Assembly: GCF_001194135.2 (NCBI RefSeq)
Contig: NC_068981.1
Coordinates: forward strand, 136,581,281 to 136,645,280
Length of the DNA: 64,000 bases
From: Octopus bimaculoides
Taxonomy: Eukaryota
Direction: 5' to 3'
Of this stretch, positions 50,271 to 63,818 are shown one piece after another (positions within the stretch are counted from its first letter, which is position 1; each line of letters begins with the position of its first letter). The position numbers and the translations under genes were made by a program. The notes under the pieces are model-generated. The model was not told the DNA's origin and searched no databases. It worked only from the letters and a program-made list of their open reading frames with translations.

Positions 50271-52241
50271 TGGCTGAGTTCCTTTCGAGCGTTTGGGCCT
50301 CATGGAAGCAAAGTGGCCAAGTTCCTTTCAAGTGTTGGGCTTTATGGAAGCAATCACCAAGACTTTTGGCATTATGTTGTGCTTAAGAAGAAGACCCATT
50401 AAGCTGGGCAAAATCGCAGTTGTCGCAGATACCAGTGTCATGCAAATAGCGGCTGTGATGGTGTCACATAAAAGCACCCTTTACACTCTTGGAGTGGTTG
50501 GCGTTAGTTGGCCTGAGGCTTTGGTTGGCCCGAGGCTATAGTAGAAGACACTTACCTCAGGTGCCACGCAGTGGGACTGAACCTGGAACCATGTGGTTGG
50601 GAAGCAAGCTTCTTACCACACAACTATGCTGCACCTAATTGCTAATACATTGGACAAAGTGCTTTATGTAATTTCTTCTAACCCTTTTTATGTTCTGAAT
50701 TCATATTCTGCCAAGGTTAACTTTGGCTTTTGTCCTTTTTGAAGTTGAAAAAAATAAGTACTAGTTGTGCACTGGGGTCAGTGAAATTGATTTACTCCCT
50801 CTCCTAAAATTACTGGCCTTGTGCTAAAATTTGAAATCACCATTATTATTATGTGTAGTGAGCTGACAGAATTCTTATCAGCTTGGACAAAATGTATAGT
50901 GGTATTTTGTCATTATCTTTCACCTGTTTCAATGATTGGACGGTGGCCAAGCTGGGGCACTGCCTTGAATTTTTAGCTGAATGAATCAACCCCAGGATTT
51001 ATTTTTTGTTCTATCGATCTCTTTTTCTGAGTTCAATTTCCACTGAGGTCAACTTTGCCTTTCATCCTTTTAGGGTTGATAGTACTAGTCAAGTACTGGA
51101 GTTAATGGTATTGGCTAACCCCACCCCACACCCCAAAATTTCAGGCCATATGCCTCTAGTAGGAAGAATTATTATCACCATTTTTATCAGTACCATCGTT
51201 ATGGTGAAAAGATTATCACCATCATCATCATCATCATCATCAAGACTATTGAAAACAAAAACTAAAATTAGAATAGTTTAGTAAAATTTCAGGAAAAAAG
51301 AAATTAAAATAAAGAATGTTTAGAACAAAAAACAATTGAAGAATGAAAATATGCCAAGGTCAGTGGCAAAACAAATACAGAATTATTTAAAAACAACATT
51401 TCAAGAAAAGAAAAATCAGTTAAGAAAAAAACAAAAAACGAAACAATGTTTTTGTATTTTCAAATCATTGAATGGTGACAAAGGTGGGAGTTGGGGGTGA
51501 GAAATTCTTCAAAAATCGACTGTTTGTTAAAAGAAGGAATTATTCACGATTTTATAGACTTGACTATTTGCCTCGCTACAGTCAATTAATTAATCGCGAA
51601 TAGCCGAAAATAATAAAGTGAATTATATGTAAACTGAATGCTAAGATCAATAGACAGAAATAGGAGAGAAAAATAGACAATGTTTATAAGCTATACTAGC
51701 CTCTGACATTACTACATTCTTTTAAATGTTTTTAATGATAGAGGATGAAAATTGAATATTAAATTGAATAGTTTTGCAATAAACTATCCTATTTTTGTTT
51801 TGAAATAATAAAACCATAAAACCATTCAATGGTCATAAAAAATAAATCACCATCAGGTATGGCTGTGCGGTCGGTTAAGAAGCTTGCTTTGCAGCTAAGT
51901 GATTTGGGGTTCAGTCCCACTGTGCAGCACCTTGGGCAAGTGTCTTTTATCATGGTTCTGGGCTGACCAGTGCCTTGTGAGTGAATTAGATAGATGGAAA
52001 CTGTGTCGAAGCCTTTACACATTTGCTACCAGTTCAAATATGCTCGAGGCATATCTGAACCCATCAGAAAGCTATTCACTGTATTTTGTCATGGAGACAG
52101 TTTCTCACTGTGAGTGCATTAAATCAGGTAAAAGATTCTATTCGGGTTTGCTAAAGCATGATTTGAACTCAGAATACAAAGTACCAGAAATACGCTTGCA
52201 CAAATATAAAAAAAAAAAATTAGTCAAAGACAATCCATTCA

Positions 52242-52435
52242 AGGGTGGCGAGCTGGCAGAATCATTAGCACACCAAGCAAAATGCTTGGCGGTATTTCAT
52301 CTGCTGTTACATTCTGAGTTCAAATTCCGCCGAGGTCGACTTTGCCTTTCATCCTTTCGGAGTCAATTAAGTAAGTACCAGTTACGCACTGGGGTCGATG
52401 TAATCGACTTAATCCCTTTGTCTGTCCTTGTTTAG
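52242..52435 (+). mobile_element. SINE family B, young copy
   Basis: CpG-rich (CCGCCGAGGTCGAC, GTCGATGTAATCGAC). Confidence 0.85.
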
Positions 52436-52911
52436 CTCCCTGCAGGCAATAAATAAATATAATGACAATCCATTCACACCGACCCTACTTTTTGGTATTT
52501 CTATGACTGTTACATTATCTAATATATCCTTCCTTTTCATAAGATTGCAAGATGTTAGAGGAATATTTAGCTGTTATTTTTAACATGTTGTGCAACAACA
52601 TAGAATCTCCCTCTCTCCCTCTCCACCGTGAATTGTATTGAGATAATTCATGTCTACTGATGTTCAAAAGTTTGCAGTTTTGTTGGCAGATTCTCAAAGC
52701 AGATGTCATCAAACTACTTAGCTCTCATCAAAGATCTTAAGACAAGATATACATCCCTGATATGTAATGCAGGCTGGAATATTCATAGCCTAAGTGTCCA
52801 CGTGTTTCATAGATATAGCAACCAGTTTAGTAGCAAAGACACAATGAAAAACAAAAACAATCAATACACATAAAATAAAATCATCATCATCATTATTATT
52901 ATTATTATTAC

Positions 52912-53134
52912 AGCAGAGCTGGCAGAATCATTAGAGCATCAGTAAAATGCTTTATGGTATTTCTTCCAACTCTTTAAGTTTTGAATTCAAATAATGCCAA
53001 GGTTGACTTTGCCTTTCATTCCTCAAGCTGTTGGTTGGAATAAAGTTGCAGTCAAAACGTGAATCCTTTGATGGCATTGATTAACCCGCTTCCATCAAAA
53101 TTGATGGTCTTGTGCATAAATTAGAAACAACTGC

Positions 53135-53173
<39 letters not shown>

Positions 53174-53775
53174 TGGTGAACTGCGAGCTGCCAGAATCGT
53201 TAGCATGCCAGGTGAAACGCTTAGCAGTGTTTCACCCATCATTATGTTCTGCCAAGGTCGCTTTTACTTTTCATCCTTTCAAGGTTGATAAATTAAGTAC
53301 CAGTTATGCATTGGGGTTGATGTAATCGACTAGCTCCTTCCCCAAATTTCAGGCCTTGTGCCTATAGTAGAAAGGCTTATTATTATAATTATTATTATTA
53401 CTATTATTATTATTATTATTATTAAGTTGGTGAGCTGGCAAATCATTAACATGCCAGGCGAAATGCGTAGTGGCATTTTGTCGGTTTTTATGTTCTGAGT
53501 TCAAATTCTGCTGAGGTCAACTTTGTCTTTTGTCCTTTCAGGATTGATAAAATAAATACTAGTTGAACAGTGGGGTCAATGTAATCAACTTACCACCTCC
53601 CCCAACCCTGCTGGCCTTGTGCCAAAATTCAAAACCATTATTATTATTATTATTATTATTATTGTTGTTGTTATTAAGGCAGCAAGCTGGCAGAATCTTT
53701 AGGACATTGAACAAACGATTCAGTGGCATTTCTCTTGGTTCTTCATGTTTTGAATTCAAATTCTACCTAGGCTGA
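52912..53775 (+). mobile_element. chain of four SINE-B copies separated by (TTA)n
   Basis: Heads GAGCTGGCAGAATC-like at ~52917, ~53185, ~53432 and ~53685. Confidence 0.8.
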
Positions 53776-54469
53776 CTTTAGCTGTTGTTTCTAGCAGGTT
53801 TAATGACTATGTAGAAGCTATTTTAATACGTAGTAATTAATTTCTACATCCTTCTTGCTGATGTCAGCTTCATCTTTCAGTCTTCCAAGGTTGATAAAAA
53901 AACAAACAAAAACAAATAAACAAAAAAAAAAGACACAACAAAGAAAAAAAGGAAAAAAAAAAAAAAATAAAACAGCCGATTGCAGGGCCTGAAATCAATT
54001 CATCCAGCCTATATCATATTACTTAATGTAACTAAAATAATTCATTGACATCTTTAAGTATCCTACTCGAGTTTTTAAAGACTAATGGGATGTAGATATA
54101 ATCTCTATGGTGGTTGTGGAAAAAAGGAGAAGGAGGAGGAGAAGGAGAAGCAGAACAGAAGAAATAAAAGAAGGAGAAGCAGAGCAGAAGAGGAGGTGGT
54201 AATATTTTTTCTCAGCACAAACATAACCTAACAGGCTCTTATGAGATGGATCTTCTATCTGTTTCCCTGAAAGCCAGTCAGTTGTTTTAATGTTAGGATA
54301 AAAAGTCTGTTTTTTTTTCTTTCTCTCTCTCTCCCCATTTTTTTCCCTCTCATCCCTTTCAGCCAAAGAGCATAGGCTGAAAACATTAAAGACTTTTCCA
54401 TTCTTCCCGAGCACCAAACTAGTACACTTGCTTGTTGTTCCTTCACCTGTCTTTGTCTTTCGTTTATTG

Positions 54470-54784
54470 TAAGTTTGAAACAAAATGAGAATATCTGAAA
54501 TAAACTCGACCGCTCTCACAAACAAGAATACTAAAAATGAACCTGGCCGCTCTCAAAAATTAAGTAGAAAAGAAGGTAAGATAATCCAGAATCCTTGTCC
54601 AGTACTAGATTGATCCCAAAATCTAATCAGTTCATGCCAGTCTTGAGACCAAACATCCCTGAAAGTTTCATCTGAATCCATCCAGCTGTTCTTGAGATAT
54701 CTTGTCCATGGGCAAACAAACAAACAAACAAACAAACAAACACGACTGAAAATAATACCTCTGCCTTCGCTAAGGCAGAGGTAA
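54470..54784 (+). mobile_element. HINE-like element, 5' truncated
   Basis: Colinear with 26480-26766; ends CCTTCGCTAAGGCAGAGGTAAT. Confidence 0.6.
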
Positions 54785-54904
54785 TAATAGCTAGCATAGC
54801 TTGTGGAAATTCCACGGAATAAGTCAGTACATTTGAAAACAATATGTTAGTGTATTAAACACAAGCAAGAAGTTTTAGAAATTTCTTTTGATATCGTAGT
54901 CATG

Positions 54905-55273
54905 GCTGAACCCAGTGCCATCTGATTGGCATCCTTGTCAGTGGCACGTAGAAACTACCATTTGAGCATTGGACCTCACAGAGGCAGTGACAGGTGACTG
55001 AGACTTTTAGTGATACACTGTGCTTGTATAGAACTGTCAAGCCAAGTGAGATCATAGTTGTGGCCAATGCTGGTGTCGCATCAATAGTGCCCTTGCCAGT
55101 AGCATGTAAAAAGCACCCGCTACACTTCTGGAGTGGTTGGTGTTAGGAAGGGCATCCAGCCATAGATACCTTGCCAAATTGGATCGGAACATGGTGCAGC
55201 TCCCTGGCTTACCAGTTTTCAGTCAAACTGTCCAACCCATGCCAGCACGGAAAGCAGATGTTAAACGATTTTG

Positions 55274-55275
<2 letters not shown>
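54905..55275 (+). mobile_element. RTE 3' end
   Basis: TTGGACCTCACAGAGGCAGTGACAGGTGACTGAGAC (LGLTEAxTxD-like) and GGAAGGGCATCCAG domain. Confidence 0.75.
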
Positions 55276-55306
<31 letters not shown>

Positions 55307-55545
55307 NNNNNNNNNNNNNNNNNNNNNNNNNNNNNNNNNNNNNNNNNNNNNNNNNNNNNNNNNNNNNNNNNNNNNNNNNNNNNNNNNNNNNNNNNNNNNN
55401 NNNNNNNNNNNNNNNNNNNNNNNNNNNNNNNNNNNNNNNNNNNNNNNNNNNNNNNNNNNNNNNNNNNNNNNNNNNNNNNNNNNNNNNNNNNNNNNNNNNN
55501 NNNNNNNNNNNNNNNNNNNNNNNNNNNNNNNNNNNNNNNNNNNNN

Positions 55546-55589
<44 letters not shown>

Positions 55590-55800
55590 TCAATCCAAAC
55601 AAGAGCAAGTAAGAAAAACAACAATGCGAGGACGTGGAACAAGTATTGTGTTATTGGACGCTCAGGAAAAGAAAGAGGATTTCACATTTTGAGCAGAGCT
55701 CTTCATCAGAAATATAGAAAAAGTCCAAAGAAGGGAAGATGGAGAAAGAAAATCACCAACGATACACACATGGTCACATATTGAATGACCGGAAGAGAAT
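55590..55800 (-). mobile_element. Penelope-type terminal sequence with a hammerhead relic (55679-55713)
   Basis: Minus strand: ATTT-CTGATGA-A-GAGC-TCT-GCTC-AAAA-TGTG-AAAT. Confidence 0.5.
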
Positions 55801-55849
55801 GGGTGAAGAAAAAAGTTCTTTCTAAGACAGGAGAGTGCAAGAGAAGGAG

Positions 55850-55887
55850 GTGTATGTGTGTATGTGTAGGTATGTGCATGCACGCAG

Positions 55888-55918
<31 letters not shown>

Positions 55919-56970
55919 GTTGTCTGCTTATGTATGTGTGTGGTTGAACTTCGTGTCATAGGAAGAATTTATAGTAAGAATTTTCGTAGGAGTGGCTGTC
56001 TATTGTGTGTCTCCCTACACATGTGCATAGGGGAATGGTCAGTAGAAAGGTGTTTAACTGGTAGTTTGAAGTATGTGTGTGTGTGTGTGTGTTTTGTGGG
56101 CAGTGTGTGTGTGTGTGTGTACGTGTGGGTATGCGTGTACACGTTAGGTTGTGTCTGTGGAGTAAATGTACGTTACTCTGTGTGTGTGTGTGTCCATGTA
56201 TGTATAATTGTGCATGTGTATGTATGAGTGTGTGTTGTGTGTGTATGGGAGGTATGTGTGGGTTCATTTGCGTGTGTGTGTGTGTATGTGTGAATGTATG
56301 TGTGTGTACATGTGTGAATATGTATGTGTGTGAGTATTTTGTTTGTGTATGTGTGCGCGTATGTGTGTGTGTGTGCATGTGTGTGAACGAGGGGTTGTGT
56401 GAGGAGGTATATGTGCGTTTTTTTTGTGCTTGTATGTGTATGTGCGTGTAGTTGTGTGTGCGTGTATGCTGGTGTGTATACGTGTATGCATGGGGTTGTG
56501 AGTGTTAGGTATGTTTGCATTCGCGTGTGTGTGTGTGTGTGCACGTGCGTGTGTATGCGCATGTGCATCTATATGTGTATGCATATGTGTATGTGCGTGT
56601 TTGTATATATTGAGTTTGTGTATCTCGACCCAAATCATCTCATTTCACCCGCATTGCTAACTCAGAAAGGGCATGAATGTCACAGACTCTCATTTTCCCC
56701 AAAAGATGATAGATTTAATGGAGGGGGGAGATAGTGTGAGAGAAGTCTCTGTGTGTTTCTGTCAATGAGTGTGTGTGTCTGTGTGATACAGATGATTGTA
56801 TGTGCGTATGAGATTCCATGTGAGTGTGTATGTGATAAGAATGTGTATATATGTGTATCACAAGTGAGTGTGTGCAAGTATGTGGAGAATACAGGTTTAT
56901 GTGATGAGTATAAGATGTAGGTGTACAAATGAGAGAGAGAGAGAATGTGTGTGTGTGTGTGTGTGTAGGA
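55850..56970. repeat. ~1.1-kb degenerate (GT)n array
   Basis: Visible directly; produces the Cys/Val and His/Thr ORFs. Confidence 0.9.
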
Positions 56971-57186
56971 ATAATACATAATTTCTATATGGTATTTGTT
57001 TTTGACATTTACTGAAAGGTGATTTTTCATTTAAATGTCTGTATTGAAGCTGTCTACTGTGCAATAAACCAAAGAAGGAATTAGTGGTGCTGATATTCCT
57101 TCAGGATGTCTTGAAGTAGTTGGAACTTATTCATTTTCTCTCTCTTTCTCATTTGTTTCACATCTGTTTTTCCTAGCTTGCAGGGG

Positions 57187-57236
<50 letters not shown>

Positions 57237-57719
57237 TACAGAGGCATTGCTTTTCAATCGGATGTTTTTTCCTGTCACTAACCTTTACCTATTTTACAAA
57301 TTATGGATTTTCCCTTCTGCTCATCTTTGAAAGCATAAACACACCAAACAATTTATTAACAAGGAAATGACAACAAACAACACTATTTATAGCAGAGGAT
57401 ATTTTTCACGTTAAACATAAATATTCATACAGACACATAGCTACTGATAAAGGGTATACATTAAGAAATATTAAGATTTTCTCTGTTTCATTTATTAACA
57501 TATTTATTTTCATTGTACACATTCATTTATTGTTGTTGTTTCATATCATATTTCTATGCTTTATCAGTTGCTTGTTTTGCTTGTCTGACATTGTGTATTG
57601 TTGTTTTGTTGAATCCTCACCTTATAATCTTACATGTCTTATTTGAGAGATTTTATCTAATTATATCCTTATATCTACACAAAATGAATCACTGCTATTT
57701 TGGACAATGATCATAGCAC

Positions 57720-57761
<42 letters not shown>

Positions 57762-57767
<6 letters not shown>

Positions 57768-58659
57768 CATCACATAAATAATGCAGTTTTTTCAATTGCA
57801 TGGACTAAAAGTTGGAGGGGGATGGGATAAACTACTTGCATTAACTTACTATAAAAGTAGGTAGTAATTTTGCCTTGTACTTATTCTTAGTGCAAGCTTT
57901 AAAGAGTGCAGTTCAATTTAAACAGTTATTTTTTCAAAGCTATAATAGAAGTGGCAAAGGAGCATATTCAGCATATTTTGCTTTATGAGTTCAATAAAGG
58001 CAACAACGCAAAGGAAAGTGCGAGGAATATTAATGCAGCATATGGGGATTGAACAATAAGTGTAAGCCAGTGTCAATGGTGGTTCCAGAAATTCCAAGCC
58101 AGAAACTATAGCCGAGAAGACGAGTCTCATCCTGGAAGATCTGTAGAGCTTGACAAGGACATCCTGCAAACCCTGGAGGAACAAAATCCCATTGTAACTG
58201 TTGATGAACTAGCAGAGAAGCTTGGATTTGGTCATTCAATCATTCAATGACACCTGCGCTAGAAGAAAAACGACCACCTTTGGTTTCATGACGAAAAGTG
58301 TTCTTCCATCAGGATAATGTTTGGCCACATACAGCGAAAGTAACATTCCAAAGTCTGGAGCAGTTTGAGTGGGAAACGATGCCTCACCCACCATATTTGC
58401 CAGACATTGCTCCATCTGATTATTGTTTATTCTGCAGTCTTCAAAATCATTTTTACAGAAAAAATATGAATTCTGTAGACGAGGTAAGAACAGTACTGGA
58501 GAAGTATTTTTCATCACGGACAAGTGAATTTTGGAAAAGAGGCCTTGCAGGTCTATCAGATAGATGGAAGAGCATTGTAGAAAATGAAGGAGATTTGTTT
58601 ATCTTAATTTTGAAAAATAAAAGAAGTATAAAAACCGCATTATTTATGGAATGACCCAA
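57762..58659 (+). mobile_element. internally deleted mariner (898 bp) inserted in a (TA)n microsatellite
   Basis: TIRs TAGGGTCATCACATAAATAATGCAGTTTT vs TTGGGTCATTCCATAAATAATGCGGTTTT. IEVAKEHIQHILLYEFNKGNNAKESARNINAAYGD*...WFQKF...EDESHPGR...HLR jumps to LEEKRP...FFHQDNVWPH...HPPYLPDIAPSDYCLF...LSDRWKSIVENEG. Confidence 0.92.
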
Positions 58660-58680
58660 TACACACACACACACATACGA

Positions 58681-58738
<58 letters not shown>

Positions 58739-59143
58739 AAAATATAGAAACAGAATGTCTTCACTAACATCTTTTCTCACCTCTCGCATTTCCAACAGGG
58801 ATAGTCATGAATCTCATCTACAGTAAAACACCTGTTTCTGTTCCTCCATCATACTTTAAATTCTCATGACCTGGCACAAAGCCACCACCCTTAATACTAC
58901 TTCCCCTTCTGCTGAGGGTCCTTGTCTTGTGAATTACTTGGTGATCTCATTGATGCCAGTACCATATAAAAAGCACCCAGTACACTCTGTAAAACAGTTG
59001 GAGTTAGGAAGGGGATCTCGCTATAGAAACCACATCAAAGTTGACACTGGTGTCCAGCACAGTCCTCTGGTTTGCAAGCTCCTGTCAAACTGTCCAAGTC
59101 ATGCCAGCATAGAAAATAGAGATTAACTTGCGAGGATTATATA

Positions 59144-59299
59144 TAGGAGTGGCTGTATGGTAAGTAGCTTGCTTACCAACCACATGGTTCCGGGTTCAAT
59201 TTCACTATGTGGCACCTTGGGCAAGTGTCTTCTACTATAGCCTCAGGCGGACCAAAGCCTTGTGAGTGTAGTTGGTAGACGGAAACTGAAAGACGCCTG

Positions 59300-59341
<42 letters not shown>

Positions 59342-59545
59342 ATGTTTGTGTGTCTGTCCCCCCACTATCTCTTGACAACCCATGTCAGTGTGTTTGTGTC
59401 CCCGTAACTTAGCGGTTCAGCAAAAGAGAACAATATAATAAGTAGTAGGCTTACAAAGAATAAGTCCTGGGGTCGATTTGTTCGACTAAAGGCGGTGCTC
59501 CAGCATGGCAACAGTCAAATGACTGAAACAAATAAAAGAATAAAG
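59144..59545 (+). mobile_element. SINE family A, full length
   Basis: Colinear with 78-495. Confidence 0.85.
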
Positions 59546-60207
59546 ACATGCACACATGCAAACATACATACCCACACGTACACATGCCACAAGTTTCTGC
59601 ACAGTTTCTGTCTATTAAATTCACTCACAAAGCTTCGTTTGGCCAAAGGCTATAATAGAAGACATTTGCCCAAAATAGCACACAGTAGGACTGAACCTGA
59701 AACCATATGGTCAGGAAGTAAACTTCTTGATTGTATAACCATGTGTGTGTGTGTGTGAATAATTTTGTATCATGCTGTAGTTTGTGAACAATAACGTTAT
59801 CTGTTATAAATTTTCAGTGAAGTAATCAATAATTCTTTGCAATTACAATGAAAAGAATAGCAAGGAAATGTCTATGCATCTCAGGTTGAAACAAAAAATA
59901 CAAAGTGTTTTTGTTTGTAAAAAACCACTTGACTTTTAACTTCCTGCATGACACAGTATCAAGCAAGACTTCCTTGATCAGCCAATCCTGAAACACCTGA
60001 TATCACAACAATTATACTAACCTTATTGACATTCATTTTAGTGAAAGTGAGAAACTCTCTAATGAAGGAAAAAGAACTATATTCCCTTCTTCTATCATTT
60101 GCCTCTGTTCTGTAACAGAATCACTACAAGACTGGGGATTTCACATAGAAACTTTTCTACATGATGTTAAGAGTCAATTTGATTTTTCGTTGATGCCTAC
60201 ATTGATG

Positions 60208-60240
<33 letters not shown>

Positions 60241-60403
60241 TGTTTTGTTGTAGGCATGGTGGTGTGGATATGAAGTTGATTTTATGACCATATGGTTTCT
60301 GGTTTTATCACACTGCTTGTCAGCTTGGGTGAGTGTTGCCTATCAGAGCCCTGGTTTGACCCAATGCCTTGTAAGTGGAATTAGTAAGCAGAAACTCTTA
60401 TTC

Positions 60404-60457
<54 letters not shown>

Positions 60458-60761
60458 ATGCGTGCGTGCAGGTATGCTGATATTTTTTTATAGATATTTC
60501 TTCATTTTTGTATGACACAGACTGAGCAAAAATGGTAATGTATTTATATTTCCTTCTGAACAATACTGCGTATTGTAAACTTCAAAGTTGCAGAAGTCTT
60601 GTTCTTTTGAAGTTTTGAATAAAAAAATTCCCTAACTTGCAAAACAAGTAAGCATTACCAACAATAATAGATTCTAGCTGTGAAATACTGCCTCAAATAA
60701 GTGTTTATCGAAGCCATGACAACATAAAAAAGCAGATATAAAATGAACAAATAAATATATA

Positions 60762-61270
60762 GAAGTGACTGAGACCTTTGGCAATATGCTGTGCTTGAGA
60801 AGACTGATCAAGCCAAGCGAAAGCATAGTTGTGGCCAATGCCAGTGTTGTGTAACTGGCACCTGTGCCAGTGGCATGTAAAAAGTACTGTTCAAATGTTG
60901 GGCCTCATGGAGGCAGTGACAAGTGACCAAGACCTTTGGCAATATACTCTGCTGCAAAGGCGGTGAGCTGGCAGGAACATTAGCACACCGGGCAAAATGC
61001 TTAGTGGTATTTCATCTGTCTTAATGTTCTGAGTTCAAATTCCGCTGAGGTTGACTTTGCCTTTTGCCTATTTGGGGTTGATAAATTAAGTACCAGTAGC
61101 ATACTAGAGTCACTCTAATCGACTGGCCCCCTCCCCCAAAATTTCAGGCCTTGTACCTAGAGTAGAAAAGAATATACTGTGCTGTGAAAACCTGTCAAGC
61201 CAAGTGAGATGCTGGTGTTGTCCAAACCATGCCAGAATGGAAAACAGACGTTAACTGATGATGACGTTGA
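60762..61270 (+). mobile_element. RTE 3' end containing a SINE-B insertion (~60956-61170) with a 14-bp TSD
   Basis: AATATACTCTGCTG at 60941-54 and AATATACTGTGCTG at 61171-84. Confidence 0.8.
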
Positions 61271-61984
61271 TGATGTTGCATAAGATTTCTGTACTGTTTC
61301 CACTTATCATATTTCAGTCAGAGGCTACTTACTGTTGATCTAATTCCTGGTTATATTAGAGTACATTTACCCATGGTTCCAAATAGTGGAATCAGACCTG
61401 GAACCAGGAGGTAAGGAAACAAAGTTCATAACCACACAGTCATGCCTACAACCACTGAACAAATGCTTGTTTTAGGACCATTCTATAAGTCAATCATATG
61501 ATATAATTAGTTGTCAAATCCAAGTCACATTCATTTTACTATCCAGTATAATCTTCAGTATGAATATACTCTTTCAGTTACAGAAGGTAAGATGGACTAA
61601 GAAAATGTATGAAATTCTTGATTTATTAAAGAGAATCATTGAAATTGACAACATAGTTATGTGGTTAAGAATCTAGCTTTACACCCACATGGTTCCAAAT
61701 ACGATTCCATAGAATGGTAATTTGGCAAGTGTCTTCTACCATAGCCTCAGTTGGATTAATAGCTTGTGAGTGAAATTTAGTAGAAGAAAACTATGCTGAA
61801 GCATATCATATATGTATGTATGTATATAAGTACAGGCATGGCTCTGTGATTAAGAAGCTTGTGTCCCAATCATCTGATCTCAGGTTCAGTTCCACTGCAT
61901 GGTACTTTGGGCAAGTGTCTTTTACTAATACCCTAGGTCAGACAAAGCCTTCTTAGATGGAAACAGAAAGAAGCCTTCCAGTTC

Positions 61985-62275
61985 TATATTTAAGAGATGA
62001 GGAATTATGTACATTATTTACATTTGACGGATATTTGTCCTCATCTTTCGGCTGACATACATTTCAGCTGATATACCCACCAGCCTTCATCAGGTGTCTT
62101 GGGGAAATTTCGAACCTGGGTTCTCATTCCTGAGGTATTTTTCGATATTATTATTATTATCATTATTATTATTATTATCATTATTATTATTATTATTATT
62201 ATCATTATATCAGCCGAAACGTGTTAATAATAAACAAGATAAGGACAAATATCCATTAAATGTAAATAATGTAGA
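61985..62275. mobile_element. inverted pair of Penelope-type terminal repeats with a hammerhead relic
   Basis: 62010-62060 (minus) and 62205-62273 (plus) share TCAGCCGAAA...AGAT.AGGACAAATATCC..AAATGTAAATAATGTA; CTGATGA on the minus strand at 62093-62087. Confidence 0.6.
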
Positions 62276-62284
62276 AAGAAGCCT

Positions 62285-62333
<49 letters not shown>

Positions 62334-63329
62334 CAGGCTTCCACTATGTTATATGTGTGTTGTCTTGACATCGTGTGGTAGGATGTTGTTTGCTTCAAGT
62401 CTTCCATGAAAAGCATTTCTGGCCATGGGGAAATATTACTTTGCTTGGAAACAGATCAGAGTTGGAGACAGGAAAGGCATCTGGCTCTAAAAAATTCTGC
62501 CTCAGTAAATTTTCATCTGACCCATGCAAACATGAAAAACTTGACGGTCGATGATGCTGAAGATGTGTGTGTATGTGTGTGTGGGTCTTTTGCCAATGTA
62601 CATTATCAAAAAATGCAAGTATATACAAGAAAACTAATAAAATGTTCTTTCAAGTGAAAATCCTTTTGTTCCATTCATGTTAGACAGACAATCACTTGTC
62701 ACTCTTGCTATCATAAATGCAGTGAACCAGTGATTAGCTTGTAGGAAACTTGTAACCAATGATTCTATTATTCACAGAATGTGATATTGAATAAATTATA
62801 AAAATAAACAAATCGATGTCTTATAAGACAGAATCTGTCAGTAACTATATGCAATGCAAACGAAATCTAATCAACAGGCATTAGTATGTTAAATCAGGAA
62901 AATCTGTTAGCAAACCTGAAAACTTAATGAATTGAAATACATGTTTATTGTTTTAAAATTTACTCCAAAGATAATGAAGATTTTTTTCTAATTCTTTTAT
63001 AATATAATTTTTATAATTCATATTTTATCTCTTGTTCTCTGTCATCATCTTCTTTCTTCTCATTTTCTTCCCCATAACAGATAATTTGTCTGCAAATTTA
63101 TATAGCGTCATCATCATTTACCATCCACTTTTCCATGCTTGCATAAGGAATTTGCTGAGGCAGATTTTCTCTGGCTAGACACCCTTCCTACCACCAAACC
63201 TCGCCTGTTTCCAAGCAAAACAATATTTTCCCATAATCAGATATGTTTTTCACAGAAAACTGAAAATAAGCAACCTCACTCATATGATGATGATGCATAT
63301 AGCTTGATGTCTTGACAAAGGTACACACT

Positions 63330-63371
<42 letters not shown>

Positions 63372-63389
63372 NNNNNNNNNNTACACACT

Positions 63390-63430
<41 letters not shown>

Positions 63431-63589
63431 AGTTCATCTACCACAGAAACACATCTGGCCTTTGAACTGCTCATTGTTAATAGGACAAAGGGAAATATTA
63501 CCTAACTTGGAAACAAGTAAGAGTTGAGAACAGCTGTAAAAAAACCCCTCAGTTTTGACTAAGTGATTCCAGCACAAAAAATGGGATGT

Positions 63590-63818
63590 TTAACTCTTTA
63601 GTATTTAGACTGCCCATATCCAGTCCAGATATTTTACCTGTTTTATGCTCAAATCAGCCAGATCCAGACTTTCACACCTACCCTACAATGTTAGTCTAAA
63701 AAATAAACAATCACATCATCAGAATCTCAAAGCTACAAAATAATACTGGATTAATTCAAAACAATGTGAATAAAGAAGCATTACATTTGACAGAGTGATC
63801 AAAACACTGAAGGGTTAA
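63590..63818 (+). mobile_element. piggyBac-type MITE family D, complete
   Basis: TTAACTCTTTAG ... CTGAAGGGTTAA. Confidence 0.75.

Noticed and set aside
51899-52435. 178-aa ORF
   Set aside because: Chimera of a SINE-A head, a short unique stretch and a SINE-B copy; GTG start.
63321-63430. Direct repeat TACACACTCATACA(TA)n on both sides of a 10-N gap
   Set aside because: Typical contig-end overlap artefact.
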